64,000 nt of DNA from Vermamoeba vermiformis (taxonomy: Eukaryota): assembly GCA_045837725.1 (NCBI GenBank), contig JBEWZL010000227.1:124001-188000 (forward strand). Reading direction: 5' to 3'. Positions 22,016 to 34,700 of the stretch are shown here, piece after piece. The position numbers and the translations under genes were made by a program. Within the stretch, counting starts at the first letter, position 1; every line of letters starts with the position of its first letter. The notes under the pieces were generated by a model, which did no database searches, was not told where the DNA came from, and saw only the letters and a list, made by a program, of their open reading frames with translations.

Positions 22016-22313
22016 CTTGTTTCGATAGCTTTCGTTACTCCACCAAATACAACGACCAGTATCCTATTTAATTTTTTGAAACGAAAACTGACTAAAAACT
22101 TTGAAATCGTTCGATTTTGTGGGAGATCGCTAGGCAACCATGGGTAATACCGTAATGTATGTAATATTTTTGCTTAAATAAATTCTACTTACAAATATGA
22201 TGATTTGGGAGATTGAAAATCTTTTGTGTGTTTCATCTCGTGAGGTCAAGTTGGTTCGGGTCAGTTTATCCCATTTAGCAAATTATATTACCAGCTGACA
22301 ACCATTCGTCATT

Positions 22314-25282
22314 ATGAATACTGAACAAATATACACTTACGTCGATAAGTTCTGGGACAGCTCTATTATCCCTACCTTGTCCAAGTACATTGAAATCCCT
22401 AACCAATCTCCTGGTAAGAAGCGATACTGTCCCTACGACAAATCAGTCAAAAATATTAATTAACGTGAATATGAAGCCTTTGATAAGGAATGGAAAGCCG
22501 CTGGTCATACCGATAAGGCTGTTGCTTTGTTGACAGATTGGGTAAAAGCCCAAAATGTTCCTGGCCTTGAACTTGAGGTATTTATATTTTTAAAAATATA
22601 TAGTTGATAAATACAACGTAAATAATATTCCTAGATATTTTTCTATCGCATAGAAAAAGAAATTAATTGTTTTGCAAATCTGATCAGGTTTTGCAAGAAG
22701 AGGGCAGAACTCCTTTGATCTTCATGACCATTCCTAGCAACGGCGATCTCGATCGGTAAATACATAGTGCAAAGCTGCGTATTGCATACGTGTCGCGATC
22801 TGTTGCCACGAAAAATAATCTTAATTTTCGCAGTACTATTCTTATGTACGGTCACTTCGACAAGCAGCCTCCTTTGACCGATTCTTGGGCCGAAGGTTTG
22901 CACCCTTACAAGCCTGTTATTAAGGACGGCAAGGTAAGTTACTAACTCTTGATCCTCATGGATCCGGATCTTCATCCACCACGTGTTTGATCCAATAACG
23001 ATTGACAATACGAAATACTTCCTCGTAATACCCTTCTCGAGCATCTCAATCTATGTTAATCCTTGCCAATACATATTCATCATTACTAATTATACTTTAT
23101 TGTCGTCAAATAGCTGTACGGACGTGGTGGCGCTGATGGTAAGTTAACGGTGTTAGCGCAATGTGCTAGTATTTTAATACTACACTAGTATTTATTGTGA
23201 CATACTAGCCACAAAATCTTGTTATTAACCTCTATCCAGTGTATTGGCTAATTATTTTCATTTGTTAGACGGTTACTCTGTCTTCGCTGCTATTTGCGCC
23301 ATCAAGAGTTTGAAGGAGAGTGGTAAGTGATGCCTCAATAATATACAGAATACGGCTATTCAATATTTAATTAATCAACGTCTCTTATTCTCGATGGGAC
23401 TCGCGTCTCACACGTGGGATCTGATCTGTATTTCCGATGTTTTCTTAATTAGTTCATAATAGGCGCTCATCACTCTCGCATCGTCATCGTTATTGAAGGC
23501 TGCGAAGAGAGTGGCAGCCCTGATTTGCCTTACTACATCACCAAGTTGAAGGATCGCATCCGTGTTCCAGATTTGATTGTTTGTCTTGATTCTGGCTGCG
23601 GTACTTACGACCAATTCTGGGTCACCACTTCATTGCGTGGCATTGTCGCTGGTATTTTGAAGGTTGAAGTCACCAAGGAAGGATCGCACTCCGGCCATGC
23701 ATCCGGCGTTGTTGCTTCTTCGTTCAGAGTTATCCGTCAATTGCTTACTAGACTCGAAGACGAGAATACTGGTGAGATCAAGTTGAAGGATCTGCACTGC
23801 GAGATCCCCGCAGAACGTTTGAAACAAGCCAAGTTGTGCGCTGCTACCTTGGGCCACACCATCGTCGAAGAACTTCCTATTCGTAAGTAGGCATCGTTTA
23901 TTGTTGTTTCGCGCTAAGTAATTAGAATATTTATTATTCTCGGCAAAATAGAATTGACCTATATTTAGCAAATTAACAATTCACCCACAAAATTTCGAAA
24001 CGATTTTCGGCAGCAGATCCAATGAATTTAATTTCAATCGGCGTATTGATGATATTCGATATCTTGTTGCTTATTGATCATATGAAACAATTCAAGAGAT
24101 AATCGAAATCGCGTTGCGGATTTGCTTCCGAATGTTCGGGAAAGGCGCTAATATTAGTTCTATCGTAGTTCCTGGCGTCAAGACTGTCCACGATGACATT
24201 GAGCAATTGCTCATTAACCGCACCTGGAAACCTACTTTGTGCGTTATTGGTGTTGATGGAATTCCGGATCTTGCTCATGCTGGCAACGTCTTACGTCCTT
24301 ACACTGCCATCAAGCTTTCAATCAGGTACGTACACTCCATTTATATTGAGTTCTCATTTGACCGTTTTTTGTGCAATTTTTCTACATTTTTTCTGGACCT
24401 CGCTGAAATCATTGTCATTGCACGTAGATCCGGGTCGTCTTTATTAACCCCTTTTACGTTTCTCTTGCATCTATTTAATATCTCCTATCATATGTCTGCC
24501 ATGTTCTATTCTTGCTCATCTTAAATATGTTGCAGAGTTCCTCCCCGCGTAGATGCACCAACCGCCGCTCAAGCCGTCAAGAAGTTGCTCGAAGAAAATC
24601 CTCCTTACAACGCTAAAGTTACTTTCGAATGCGACAAGGTAAGTTTTGTTGCGCTTAATTAATAGATACAAGATTAAGGAGTGCATGTGGATCGTACACA
24701 ATCGTTAACCAAAATAGATCCTTACTTTCAGAAATTGTTATCAACCAGTCTAAGTCATATTAGACGTTTCCGTATTCATATTTACACATTCATTCGTCTA
24801 AGTAGGCCTTAAGGCTAAATTTTTAACTTGCATCGGATCCCGTTTTCAGTCACACTTTGGGACTTGGACGGAAAGTCCTAACTTGATAATAGATCCATTA
24901 GAACCGGATAAATAATCATCATCAATAGATCGTTAAATTGGGTTCATGTTTCCGTACTATCCTAATTTTCTGTTGGATCTCGTAGGACGGAAGTGGATGG
25001 GATGCACCCGCTTTGGTGCCCTGGTTAGAATATAGTATCAACGAGGCTTCGAACACTTTCTTCAAGAAGCCCGCTAACTTCTTGGGCGAAGGAGGCTCGA
25101 TCCCTTTTATGGGCATGTTAGGAAAGATGTTCCCTGAGGCCTCGTTCTGCGTCACCGGTGTTTTGGGTCCTCAGAACAACGCGCACGGACCTAACGAGAT
25201 GTTGGTTATTGATATGGGCAAGAAGGTTACTGCTTGTGTTGCTAAAATGATCAACGACCACTACAAACAATACAAGAAATAA
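22314..25282 (+). CDS. M20/M25/M40 family metallopeptidase (multi-exon)
   Basis: YGHFDKQPP, LYGRGGADDGY, IEGCEESGS, LDSG, SLRG, HSGHASG, GEGGSIPF, NAHGPNE. Confidence 0.92.
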
Positions 25283-25842
25283 GAAAGACGAGCAAGATTA
25301 GTGGATCTGATAGTCAGGTACATGATAATATGATACAAGATTAATTAGCGTGCTAATTTTATCTGTTGAATAAATTTGTTCCTTCGGCAAATTTTGTGAA
25401 TTCCTAATGTACATTCAGCCACAAATCTTTACAAAATGAAACGATCAATGACGAAAAGGCACAGTTAGATGATAGAGACAGTGGAGATTAAGCAAAGTAC
25501 TCGCGCAAGTGTAAAGCCATTGTTGGCAAGTGACCGATTTTGATACTTTACCAACGTCTGTCTATGTGAATCATTCGGACCGTTAATGCAAATAAGGTTC
25601 GCATCCACGCACGGTGACGATCACTATTATCAAAACAAACGGTGATGTTGATGTTAAGGAAAATCACTTGCAAAGTACCAAAATAATCGGTAACGCTTCT
25701 TTCAACATTTATCCTTCCGTCTTTATAGGCAACTATCTAGCCAATAATGCACATATTTTTTATGGCCAAGTACAGGTGTTGGCGAGAAATCGGTAATACT
25801 TTCAATGAAACCAACTTTTTTCGGATCCTATTTCGGAGTTTT

Positions 25843-25911
25843 CACGTGCCAAAAACGCTGCTGATTGGCTAATACATCACGTGGCGATTTTAAAACGAAG
25901 CTGATTGGCTG
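25843..25911. promoter_or_regulatory. Paired CACGTG E-boxes and CTGATTGGCT (CCAAT) boxes
   Basis: CACGTG..GCTGATTGGCT..CACGTG..GCTGATTGGCT upstream of the Cys-rich gene. Confidence 0.5.
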
Positions 25912-26096
25912 ACGCTAGTTCACTGTGACGATTGACAGATCCAGAAACGAAAAATACAAAAGCCTGTCTGGCCATTCATTTCTTTTATCTTCATCATCAA
26001 AACACCACGAAGACTAGATTAAAGTAAGTTCGCTGAATTTGAAGTGAACCCTTTCATTACAACTCAAACCGATCCTAACTTTCTTATTACCTACAG

Positions 26097-26708
26097 ATGA
26101 AGGCTATCATTGCTATCGCTTTTCTCTTTGCTGTTGTTTCAGCTCAGCGCTTCTGCGTTGACTACACTCAGGATGACACTACCTGCACTGGTCTCCGCTC
26201 CAACTGGCCTACCAAGGTCTGCAACTCTCTCAACGCAACTGCCAGCTCCGCCACTTTTTGCGATTCCACTACTTACTTCGGCATCTGGCACAATATTTGC
26301 CCCGTAAAGAACGTTGACAACAGTTCTTTCTGCCAAGGTACTGGTTACGCTACCGCCTACACCAACTTCCCCGTCCCTTGCCTTGCTCTTCAATCGTGCA
26401 ATACCGACTCCGACTGCAACCCCACACCTGTTCCTCAAGCCCCCGTCGCCCAGACCCTCTACTGCTATGACTGCTGCTTGTTCTGCTTCGATGACGCTAC
26501 TTGCCAGAACTTGGTTGCTTCACAAACTGGCTACACCAACAGCACTAACTGCGTTACTTGCAAGCCTGCTGCCCCCGTCGCTGCTCCTACTTCTAGCAAC
26601 CCCAGCAACCCCAGCACTACTCCCACCAAGACCCCCATCAAGAACTCTTCTGCTGCCGTCGCCGTTGTTTCTGGCGTCGTCTTGGCTTTCTCTGCCCTCT
26701 TCCTCTAA
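26097..26708 (+). CDS. Secreted Cys-rich, probably GPI-anchored surface protein
   Basis: Signal peptide MKAIIAIAFLFAVVSA, Cys-rich body, P/T/S stalk, hydrophobic C-terminus; a 5'UTR intron (GTAAGT..CTAAC..CAG) ends directly before the ATG. Confidence 0.85.
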   Translation: MKAIIAIAFLFAVVSAQRFCVDYTQDDTTCTGLRSNWPTKVCNSLNATASSATFCDSTTYFGIWHNICPVKNVDNSSFCQGTGYATAYTNFPVPCLALQSCNTDSDCNPTPVPQAPVAQTLYCYDCCLFCFDDATCQNLVASQTGYTNSTNCVTCKPAAPVAAPTSSNPSNPSTTPTKTPIKNSSAAVAVVSGVVLAFSALFL

Positions 26709-26853
26709 ATTTTGATACTTGTACACTTCGGTATTAAATGCGAAATTAAATTTAGCTCAAATATCGGGTTTTTATGTGATTCCGCCGGATCTTGCCAAAA
26801 TTCTGATCTTTTTCCACCTCCTTCTTTTGGAATATTCGAAACTTGCTACCACA

Positions 26854-29750
26854 ATGGAGAAAGTTGATAACGCAACTACTAACGAGGTTCAAAGCTCATC
26901 CGAGCTTGGCAAGCTCTTATTGTCCGCAGATAGCGCTGATGTAATTGCTTCGTTTGAAAAAGAGGCGTTGGGTGAGTATTTATTTGCCATCAGCATAAAC
27001 CTGCTTTGAACGGAGCTAATTAACGTGTCAGATTGCCCTATCGAATCCGTTACTGTTTACAATGACCGAGCTGAGGTGAAGAGAAGAGTCCAATTTACTT
27101 CTGGAAAAGCAGGTAGGGTTAATACATTAATTCAAATTGATATTGAATTTTTGAAGATTTTTTAAAAAAGATTTTGTCGTTAATTGAATGGTCTTCAATT
27201 AGCGTGGCAATCAGATTTAATTAGTGAGCATACATAATTAATTAGTAATATTTTAGGTGTTAATGATATTGTCGTAAATGGCCTGAGCCGCTTAGGTAAG
27301 GCGTCAAGTAGATGTGACCGTTATTAATACTCACACGTATTTAATATTAGTCGAGGCAAACAGCGTTCGTGTAAGCGGTGCTACCAAGGCATTGACTATT
27401 TTGGAGGTAAGAATCGCTCTTGCAACAGAGTGAGAAGACCAGATTCTGATCTCTTTGCTAATCAACGCTTACAGGTCTCTCAATACACTATGTTTGAGCT
27501 CCAAAAACAAAATGAGCGAGCTCTGGAATCTGCTTTGTCTGACAAGCGAAAGAAGATGAAAGAACTCGATCGTGCCTTACGCGAAGTTGATGTGGAGTTA
27601 AGCCAAGCTGAAGTACGTTTTATTGATACAACTACGTAAGTAGTATACTAACGATGGCGATATATAGAAGCAAAAGGCTATTCTCGACTACTACTCAAAC
27701 GAGTCGAAGAAAGCCAAGGGCAAGTTGGATTTGGAAGAGGTGAGCAAAATGCTTACTTTCATCCGCGTCGAAACTGCTCGCTTGGAGCACTTGAACGTGA
27801 GCTTGAAGGAGAAGAAGAAAGGTAATGCCACGATTTTAATTTTAATTGCGCTAGAATCTTTAATGGATTCGCGTGATCCGCACGATCTGTGCACTTTTGC
27901 TATGCTTAAGTGACTTTTTATTAATATTCTTCATAGACCTTCAACATCAGCACGACACCTTGAGAAATGAGATCGAGTATCGTCAAATTGAAGACAATAC
28001 TAACGGCCGTCAAGCCACTCGTATCTCGGTCTACGCGCCTGCTGCCGGCGAGGTAAGTTATTTTCATTAGCATTTTTTTCCTAAATCAGAAATATAACAA
28101 CGTACTCAAGGGATTTAAAACGCATATTACTACCTCGTTCTAATACTGGATTCGTTATTTAGTACGCGTTCTCGTTCACTTACATGATCATGAACGCTTC
28201 TTGGGCACCAAGCTACGATGTCCGCGTTGAGACTAAGAACCAGTCCGTGCAGTTGGTGTACTACGGATCAGTCCGCAACACAACTGGTGAGGACTGGAAG
28301 GACGTCAAGTTGTTCCTTTCGACTGCCTCGCCTTCCACTAGCGCAGCTCCACCACCACTTAGAACTTTGCGCGTCAGATTCCCCGTGCCGAAATATGTCT
28401 ACGATCGTAAGTAGAGCCATTTATATAATAATATCTAATTGTGACTTTAAGTTACTTCATTTTCGTCGTGTACTAATAACATTAATTAAATTAGATTCGC
28501 CAAGAATGTCGAATCTTTCAGCTGCTGGATTGTCTGACTTTGGTGGCGGAGAGGAGAGAAAGTTGAGGAAAGATTCAAAGAGAGATCGCTCTGGAACTCT
28601 CGCTTCCAAGCCCGCCATGGCCGTGTTGACTGCTCAAGCCGGTATGTTGCAATAATACCCGTGCCATTATATTCGTTCAAAAATAGAGACTAATGTATGA
28701 CTCGCGTTATAGAGTCCAGCAACACGAGCCAGACTTATGGTATCTTGCGCTCATGCACGGTTGATAGCGACAACAAGCCTCACAAGGTAAGATCCAACCA
28801 CCGGTAGAAGATCCAACTTTTTGGATCTTATCTTTTATTATAATATCCGCTTAGCTAGCTAGCTTATTATACTTTACTATAATCAATTTATGATGCTTAT
28901 TATTGTATTTAGGTCACTATCTCGTCGATTGAGTTAACGGCCTCGTTCTTGTACACCACGATCCCGAAACTCGCTCCTTCGGTACGTGCACAAGTTTACT
29001 GTTCTATATTATGACTTATGAGTTAATTATTTTATCAAACTATTAGGCCTATCTTAAGGCGCACACGACCAACAGCAGCAACTTCCAATTGTTGGCTGGT
29101 CCCATGAACGTGTTCAGCGACAACTTTTTCATCGCTTCTACTGAGCTTAAGGTAAGTAAAGGACTATATTATGATAGTATAAGAATGGGGCTAATTATGG
29201 ATTAATAGGCAACCAGCCCTGGTGGAGAATTCGATGTGTTCCTCGGGGTAGATCCGGGTGTTAAAGTCGAGTTCAAGCCTGTTAAAGTCAAAGAAGGCAA
29301 GGCTGGCATGATTAAGAAGAGCAAGACTGAGAATACCTCGCATAAAATTGTTATTAAGAACAATAAGGCTCAGCAGGTACGTTGTCGCAACTTGTGGATC
29401 CGATCTGGTCAAAAATTTAATTTCTTGTTTTTTAGATTGAAATTTCAGTGTTCGAACAAGTTCCCCTTTCAGAAGACGATAAGGTCAAGGTTAAGGTTAT
29501 TAAGCCTGATATTAAGGTACGAACTATATTTGGATCCACAACCGGATTTGAACGAGTAATTAATAATTCGGTTGTTTTATTATAGGAATCCAATCATGAG
29601 GTGGTATTGAACGAATTCAACAACTTGAAGTGGCATTTCAAGCTCGATCCACAAACCAAAAAGAAGATCGAGTTGGAGTACCAGGTCGACTTCCCTGTCG
29701 ATAATTACCTCTCATTGCACGAGGGTGCTAAAGAAGATACCCTCGAGTAA
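26854..29750 (+). CDS. DUF4140/DUF4139 (MuiA/F37C4.5-like) protein
   Basis: PIESVTVYNDRAEVKR, coiled coil, NASWAPSYDVRV, NTTGEDWKDVKLFLSTASP, AYLKA..N.S.FQLLAGPMNVF, FLGVDP, EQVPLSED. Confidence 0.85.
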
Positions 29751-30169
29751 CAAATATACTCCTTATTATTATTTATATCCCGCAATGTAACGTTGTTCGG
29801 CATGTAGCGTACTGTCGCTAATAAAAATTTGATATTCATAAAAAATAGCTTGTAAACACTCCAAAAGTGCGTATAATGCTTCTTATTGCGTGCATGCACT
29901 CGCGAGAATTCTTCGCTGGTTCGCAGTTGCGGCTTGTTTCCGATCTAACTTTTTGGAATGGTCCCTTGAGTGTCAAAAAAAGCCGAATATCGATTCAGAA
30001 TATAGAAAACGATCGATTATATATTCCTAAGCTACCTTGCTGTGCGATTAGTCTTTTCGGGGTTTAGGGAGTGCAGACTATTTTTGGGTACAGATTTGGA
30101 TTGGTTGTTGGGCCGAAAAACCCGGCTTTGTTTTATATTAATGTAACCCAGAACATCGTTGTTGCACGT

Positions 30170-31387
30170 ATGAACAGAAATAGAGCAATTAAAACGCCTT
30201 CCACGAAGCAAGGCATGAATCCAGACGCAAGCGTGTTGCCAACGGAAGTTTTAGTCTTAATTTTCACTTTCATCCACGAATGGGCGTTGACAATACATGT
30301 TCCGAGATTATCTAGGCAATGGCGTGATATGAGCAGAGTTATTTGGCAAACGAAATGCATAAAAATCAATAAAAAAAGAAAACCGCTGGATTTGTCTTGG
30401 AGACGCTATTATTACGCTGGTAAGTCAATAAAATATAATGAAATAATAAAATTTGCAAAAAAATAAATAAAGCCAAGCTGAAACTGGAGGATTAAATTTA
30501 AAAGAAATGTTCAAATTGGATCTCATGAATTAATTCATTATTAGATGATTTAAAATTGGTTAACAGAGAAACTGTATTATTGCCACAGTAAGTATGCATA
30601 GCGCTGGTCTTTGAAAGGTCGTTGAAAACAACAAAAATTTCTCATCGAATTGTTGCATTCAGGATACTATTCTCATATATATTCATGGTAGTATAATAAT
30701 TTATTAATTCGCAGATTTATTTCGGGATCCAGGCCAACCAAATTTTAAGTTTCTTTTTGCCGGATCTGATCAATATTCTGACAGGTGATACAATACCGAT
30801 AATATTAATGATCGATTATAGATCGTGGGTCGATCGAGGCTTGAACTGGTATCAATTAGTTCTGCATGAGGTAAAAGAATTGCTTAGCGACACAAATAGA
30901 AATTTCAAAATTACTGGCTTGCCGAAAGAGGAGGAATGGAACAAGCATCGAGAATACTATATTTACGTGTCTAGTGTGGGCAGAGTACACGAAACATTTT
31001 TTTACGAGGTTCGTTTTATGTTCCGCGTGTACGGTAAGCGTAGTGTGGTACAAAAAACAAACTTTTTCATGAAACGAAGCTAACAAATTTGCTCAATTTA
31101 TAAGGGTTGAATTATTAATTATTATTGGTACTATAATTTGCTATAGTTTATGGGGTTAGGAGCCTAGTTTAATCTTTCTGCTCTAAACTAGCGTACGCTT
31201 ACTATTTAACGAACATGAATACGAAGCTTGCAAATAATTGCTAAATAATTTATATTTGTTTGCAGGTGAAGAATATCAATCACTGCAGAGAATAGACGTT
31301 GAAGTAGCCGATTCCGACAACATTGACGACTACAGAGCTCGGTACATGCAGTGCCGATGCGTCACGCAGTACTCAACTCAAGGATAG
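30170..31387 (+). CDS. N-terminal F-box protein (exon model approximate)
   Basis: VLPTEVLVLIFTFI...LSRQWR...W...C...SWRRYY followed by spliced exons; TAG at 31385-31387. Confidence 0.65.
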
Positions 31388-31705
31388 GAACTAATTGCTA
31401 GCAAGGTTATAATTTGAGTAGATTTTATTTTTCATAAACGTGGGGTTAGAGTTAATGCTTTAGTTTATTCTCATTCACTTACGCTACTCGTAAAAAGCAA
31501 AGGAAAATAAAAGAGTGTTGGGAAAGGCCCATAGTGAAATAAATTGCGATCGAATTGTGTATTATGTACGACAGGAAGCGCGATGCCTGCTGTTCACTGA
31601 AAACACGTGAGAGTGTGACAAAAGTCAAAAAAAATGAAGTTTTAATTACAAGTTGATTTAAACAAGTGCAGGTAATACCAATATTTAGTATTATTATTAT
31701 TATTA

Positions 31706-34700
31706 TTAAGAAATGACGCAACATCTTCTGTTCTTAGTCTTGCCATCTGGATCCGGTTGAATGACAGTGCTGTCGAGTACAATCTTCGAGTCTTCTTCTT
31801 TGACGTCATTGGCTAACATTCCAAAACCTTTTGCTTTAGACAGTTGATAGATATCTAATAGAATAGTACTGTCGTTAGCAAATCAAGTTTTTTGAGGTCG
31901 GATGTGGCACTTCCTCTCACTCCTTACCGTTCATAATAATCTGGAAAGCCTTATTTACATTAGTTTTGTCCTTTGCAGATGTTTCTAAGAACGAAATTTC
32001 CTGTTTGACAGCAAACTGTTTGCCTTCTTCTGTCGAGACTTGGCGTTGATCGTCCAAATCGCACTTATTTCCTATTAAGGAAATCACCAGATCTTCATTC
32101 TCGCAGTTATTCCGCACGTCTTGCAGCCAATTAGGGATCTTTGCAAACGTGCTCTTGTTCGTGATGTCGTACACTAAGAACACTCCGTGCGCGTTTCGGT
32201 AATAACTAATAAAAATTTAGGCGTTAGTACAGGTCACTGTTTGACACGTGTCACTTTTTGACACGTTATTTAGAACGCTGCCAAATTTGAATCCGATGCG
32301 TTAAAACATTAGAATTTCGAAGGGGTCTGATGTTGCCTAAAAAGGAAATATTTGCAGACGACTTACGTTCGTGTCATTGACTTGAATCGTTCCTGGCCGG
32401 CAGTATCGTACAAAACGACCCGAATAATTCTTCCGTCGACTTCATAGGTCTTCATGGTGTTCTCGCTTTGTACCGTGTTGGGCAATGTTTTCAAGAATTT
32501 GTTCTCGGAAAATCGCAAGAAGAGGTTACTCTTGCCGACAGCGCTGTCACCAATCAAGATAATTTTGTAGGTCAACGAGGCTGGTGGATTGTCTTGGAGC
32601 TCGGTCTCAGCCGAAAACTACGAAATTTCAGGAGTTAGGCCTTACTACCAAATATAGAAAGTGGTCCAAACACGACCCCACAAAAATTGATTTTTTTCGA
32701 GGTCGTGTTTTTTCCTTATTAGGAAATACTTACTGCTTCAGGCAATCGTTCTTCAAAGTCGAGTCTCAATCGGAGCTGCGGCGCGAAATCTCCCTTTTTG
32801 ACCTCGTCTGATTTCTCCCAATTCGTAGTTTTCACTTTGACGTTGTACCACTTGTCCACGTGCGCTCTGTCAGCTAAAAATGACAGCGGCAACGAGACTT
32901 TGCCGACGTAAGCGTTCTTTTTCTTGGAAATGGTGTAGATGCCTACGTGGAGCTTGGACTTTTGAAGGTCGGCGACATCCCTGCAACAATAAAATATCAG
33001 TCCCGTCCGTCAGTGTAAAAATTGATTATGACACGTGTCAAACCAAAGCTCGTGGTAAATATTCCTTTTAAGATTGCGAATATTACCACGAGCGTAAAGT
33101 GACTAGCACTAGGCATTGGTGACACGTGTCAAAGATGTCATTCCGAAGCTCGTACGAGAATCACTTAACAAAGATAGTAATACTTACACGTTATAACTCT
33201 TGTTCCACTTGGGTGCATTAGTGTTTTCAATCGTGTCAGTCGTGTTCTTTTCGCTGTCAAACGCCATCTTGCAGAAGTAATCTTTGCGAAAATTTCACGC
33301 GTTAGTGAAAGTATAAAGGAAAAGAAATTTCGATTTTTGGATATCGTACCTCGTTCTTTCTTGAACAAACCTTTAGCTTCAATAACTAAATATGGAAAGT
33401 GATAATTAGCGACGAGCGGAATAACTCTAAAAACGTACTTTCAATCTTCAAATCTCCGCGAATTGGTTTTCTGAACGACGGAACATCAGTGTCCAAGTCT
33501 TGGCTCATCGACATATCCATGCTTCGTTCACTGAACGACTCATTCTCTGAATTCTCGTCATTGCCTTCATTCGACGAATTATTCCTGGATGATCTCCGCG
33601 ACAAAGATTTTTTCTCACGTGGTTTGTAACTTGCGATCACGTGGATATCTCCCGTGACTTCATTTTTCATCTTCAATTTTTGCAGCGGAATATATTTGTC
33701 GAACTTCTTGCCCGCGGAGATTTGACTGAGCGGAATTAATACGATGCCCATAAAGTCATTGCTTTTCTTCGTTTTGTTCCACACTGTCAAGCGCAGCTTG
33801 GCGTCTTGGTTGTAGATTTTGCTAAAAAAGGAAAATTATTTCTCTGCAATCCGTCATTGAAGTTTTCGATTTGACACGTGTCAAACTAATTGTAACAATT
33901 TAAATTGGCCGTTTTTGTTGTATTGCTGGCTGATGGTAAAAGTGACACGTGTCACTAATATTTTTCACGGCGTGTCAAAGTGTCAAATATTTCATTCGCT
34001 AAGACTTACTATTTGAATCGCTCGTCAAAGGTCGGATCAGCAGAGCTCTCCACGTGCGCTGTTTGGAATTGTTGGCCGTCAATGCGTGCAATCACGAATG
34101 GATTGGGCGGGTCATTTTTGTGCGTCGAGCAAAGATTTCTTGCGTCAGCAACTATGATTCAAAAATATTAGGAAAATGTGTCATATCAAGTATTATTAAT
34201 ATTACTAAAAAAGGTTAAAGTTGGGTGTTAAATTCAGTGAAAAGTTTTGGCGTGAAAAAAATGTTGATAAAGTTGATAATTTTTTTTTAAGGAGTGACTT
34301 ACTGTCAACAGTTAAGCGACCAATCGGCGATTGATTTTCAAAATCAACTTCACTTTGTTCATCGTCCTCGTCAATAGCTTCATAAGGCTCGTACTTGAAC
34401 TTCAAATTCAATCCAGCAATTCTTTTCTTGTCTTTCTTTTGCAACAAATCCAATGTTTTTTTCACGAATACATTGGGTTCAATTTCTTCTAATTTCATTT
34501 TGCACACTGCAATCAGTTCCATTTTTTCTTTGCCTTCAATCACGTACTGCGCATTGAACTCGAACTTTGATTTCAAATCTTTCACGGTACTAAAAAATAT
34601 TAAGGTCCATTAGTACTATAATCTTACATATGCTTCAGTTTTGAATATTTGTTCGCGAACTATTAATTTAAACGATAATTAAAATAATTGTGGGACTATT

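Noticed and set aside
23326-23424. Possible C/D snoRNA in a peptidase intron (GTGATG...CTGA)
   Set aside because: The C-like box overlaps the splice donor; no terminal stem or recognisable guide.
25614-25796. 60-aa ORF between the peptidase and Cys-rich genes
   Set aside because: Non-ATG start and no recognisable motif or splice context.
31689-31708. (TAT)n microsatellite
   Set aside because: Ordinary short AT-rich repeat at a stop codon and 3'UTR.
32363-32575. Stand-alone small Rab gene
   Set aside because: The ORF starts at TTG, not ATG, and a branch point plus acceptor link it in frame to the upstream C2 exon.
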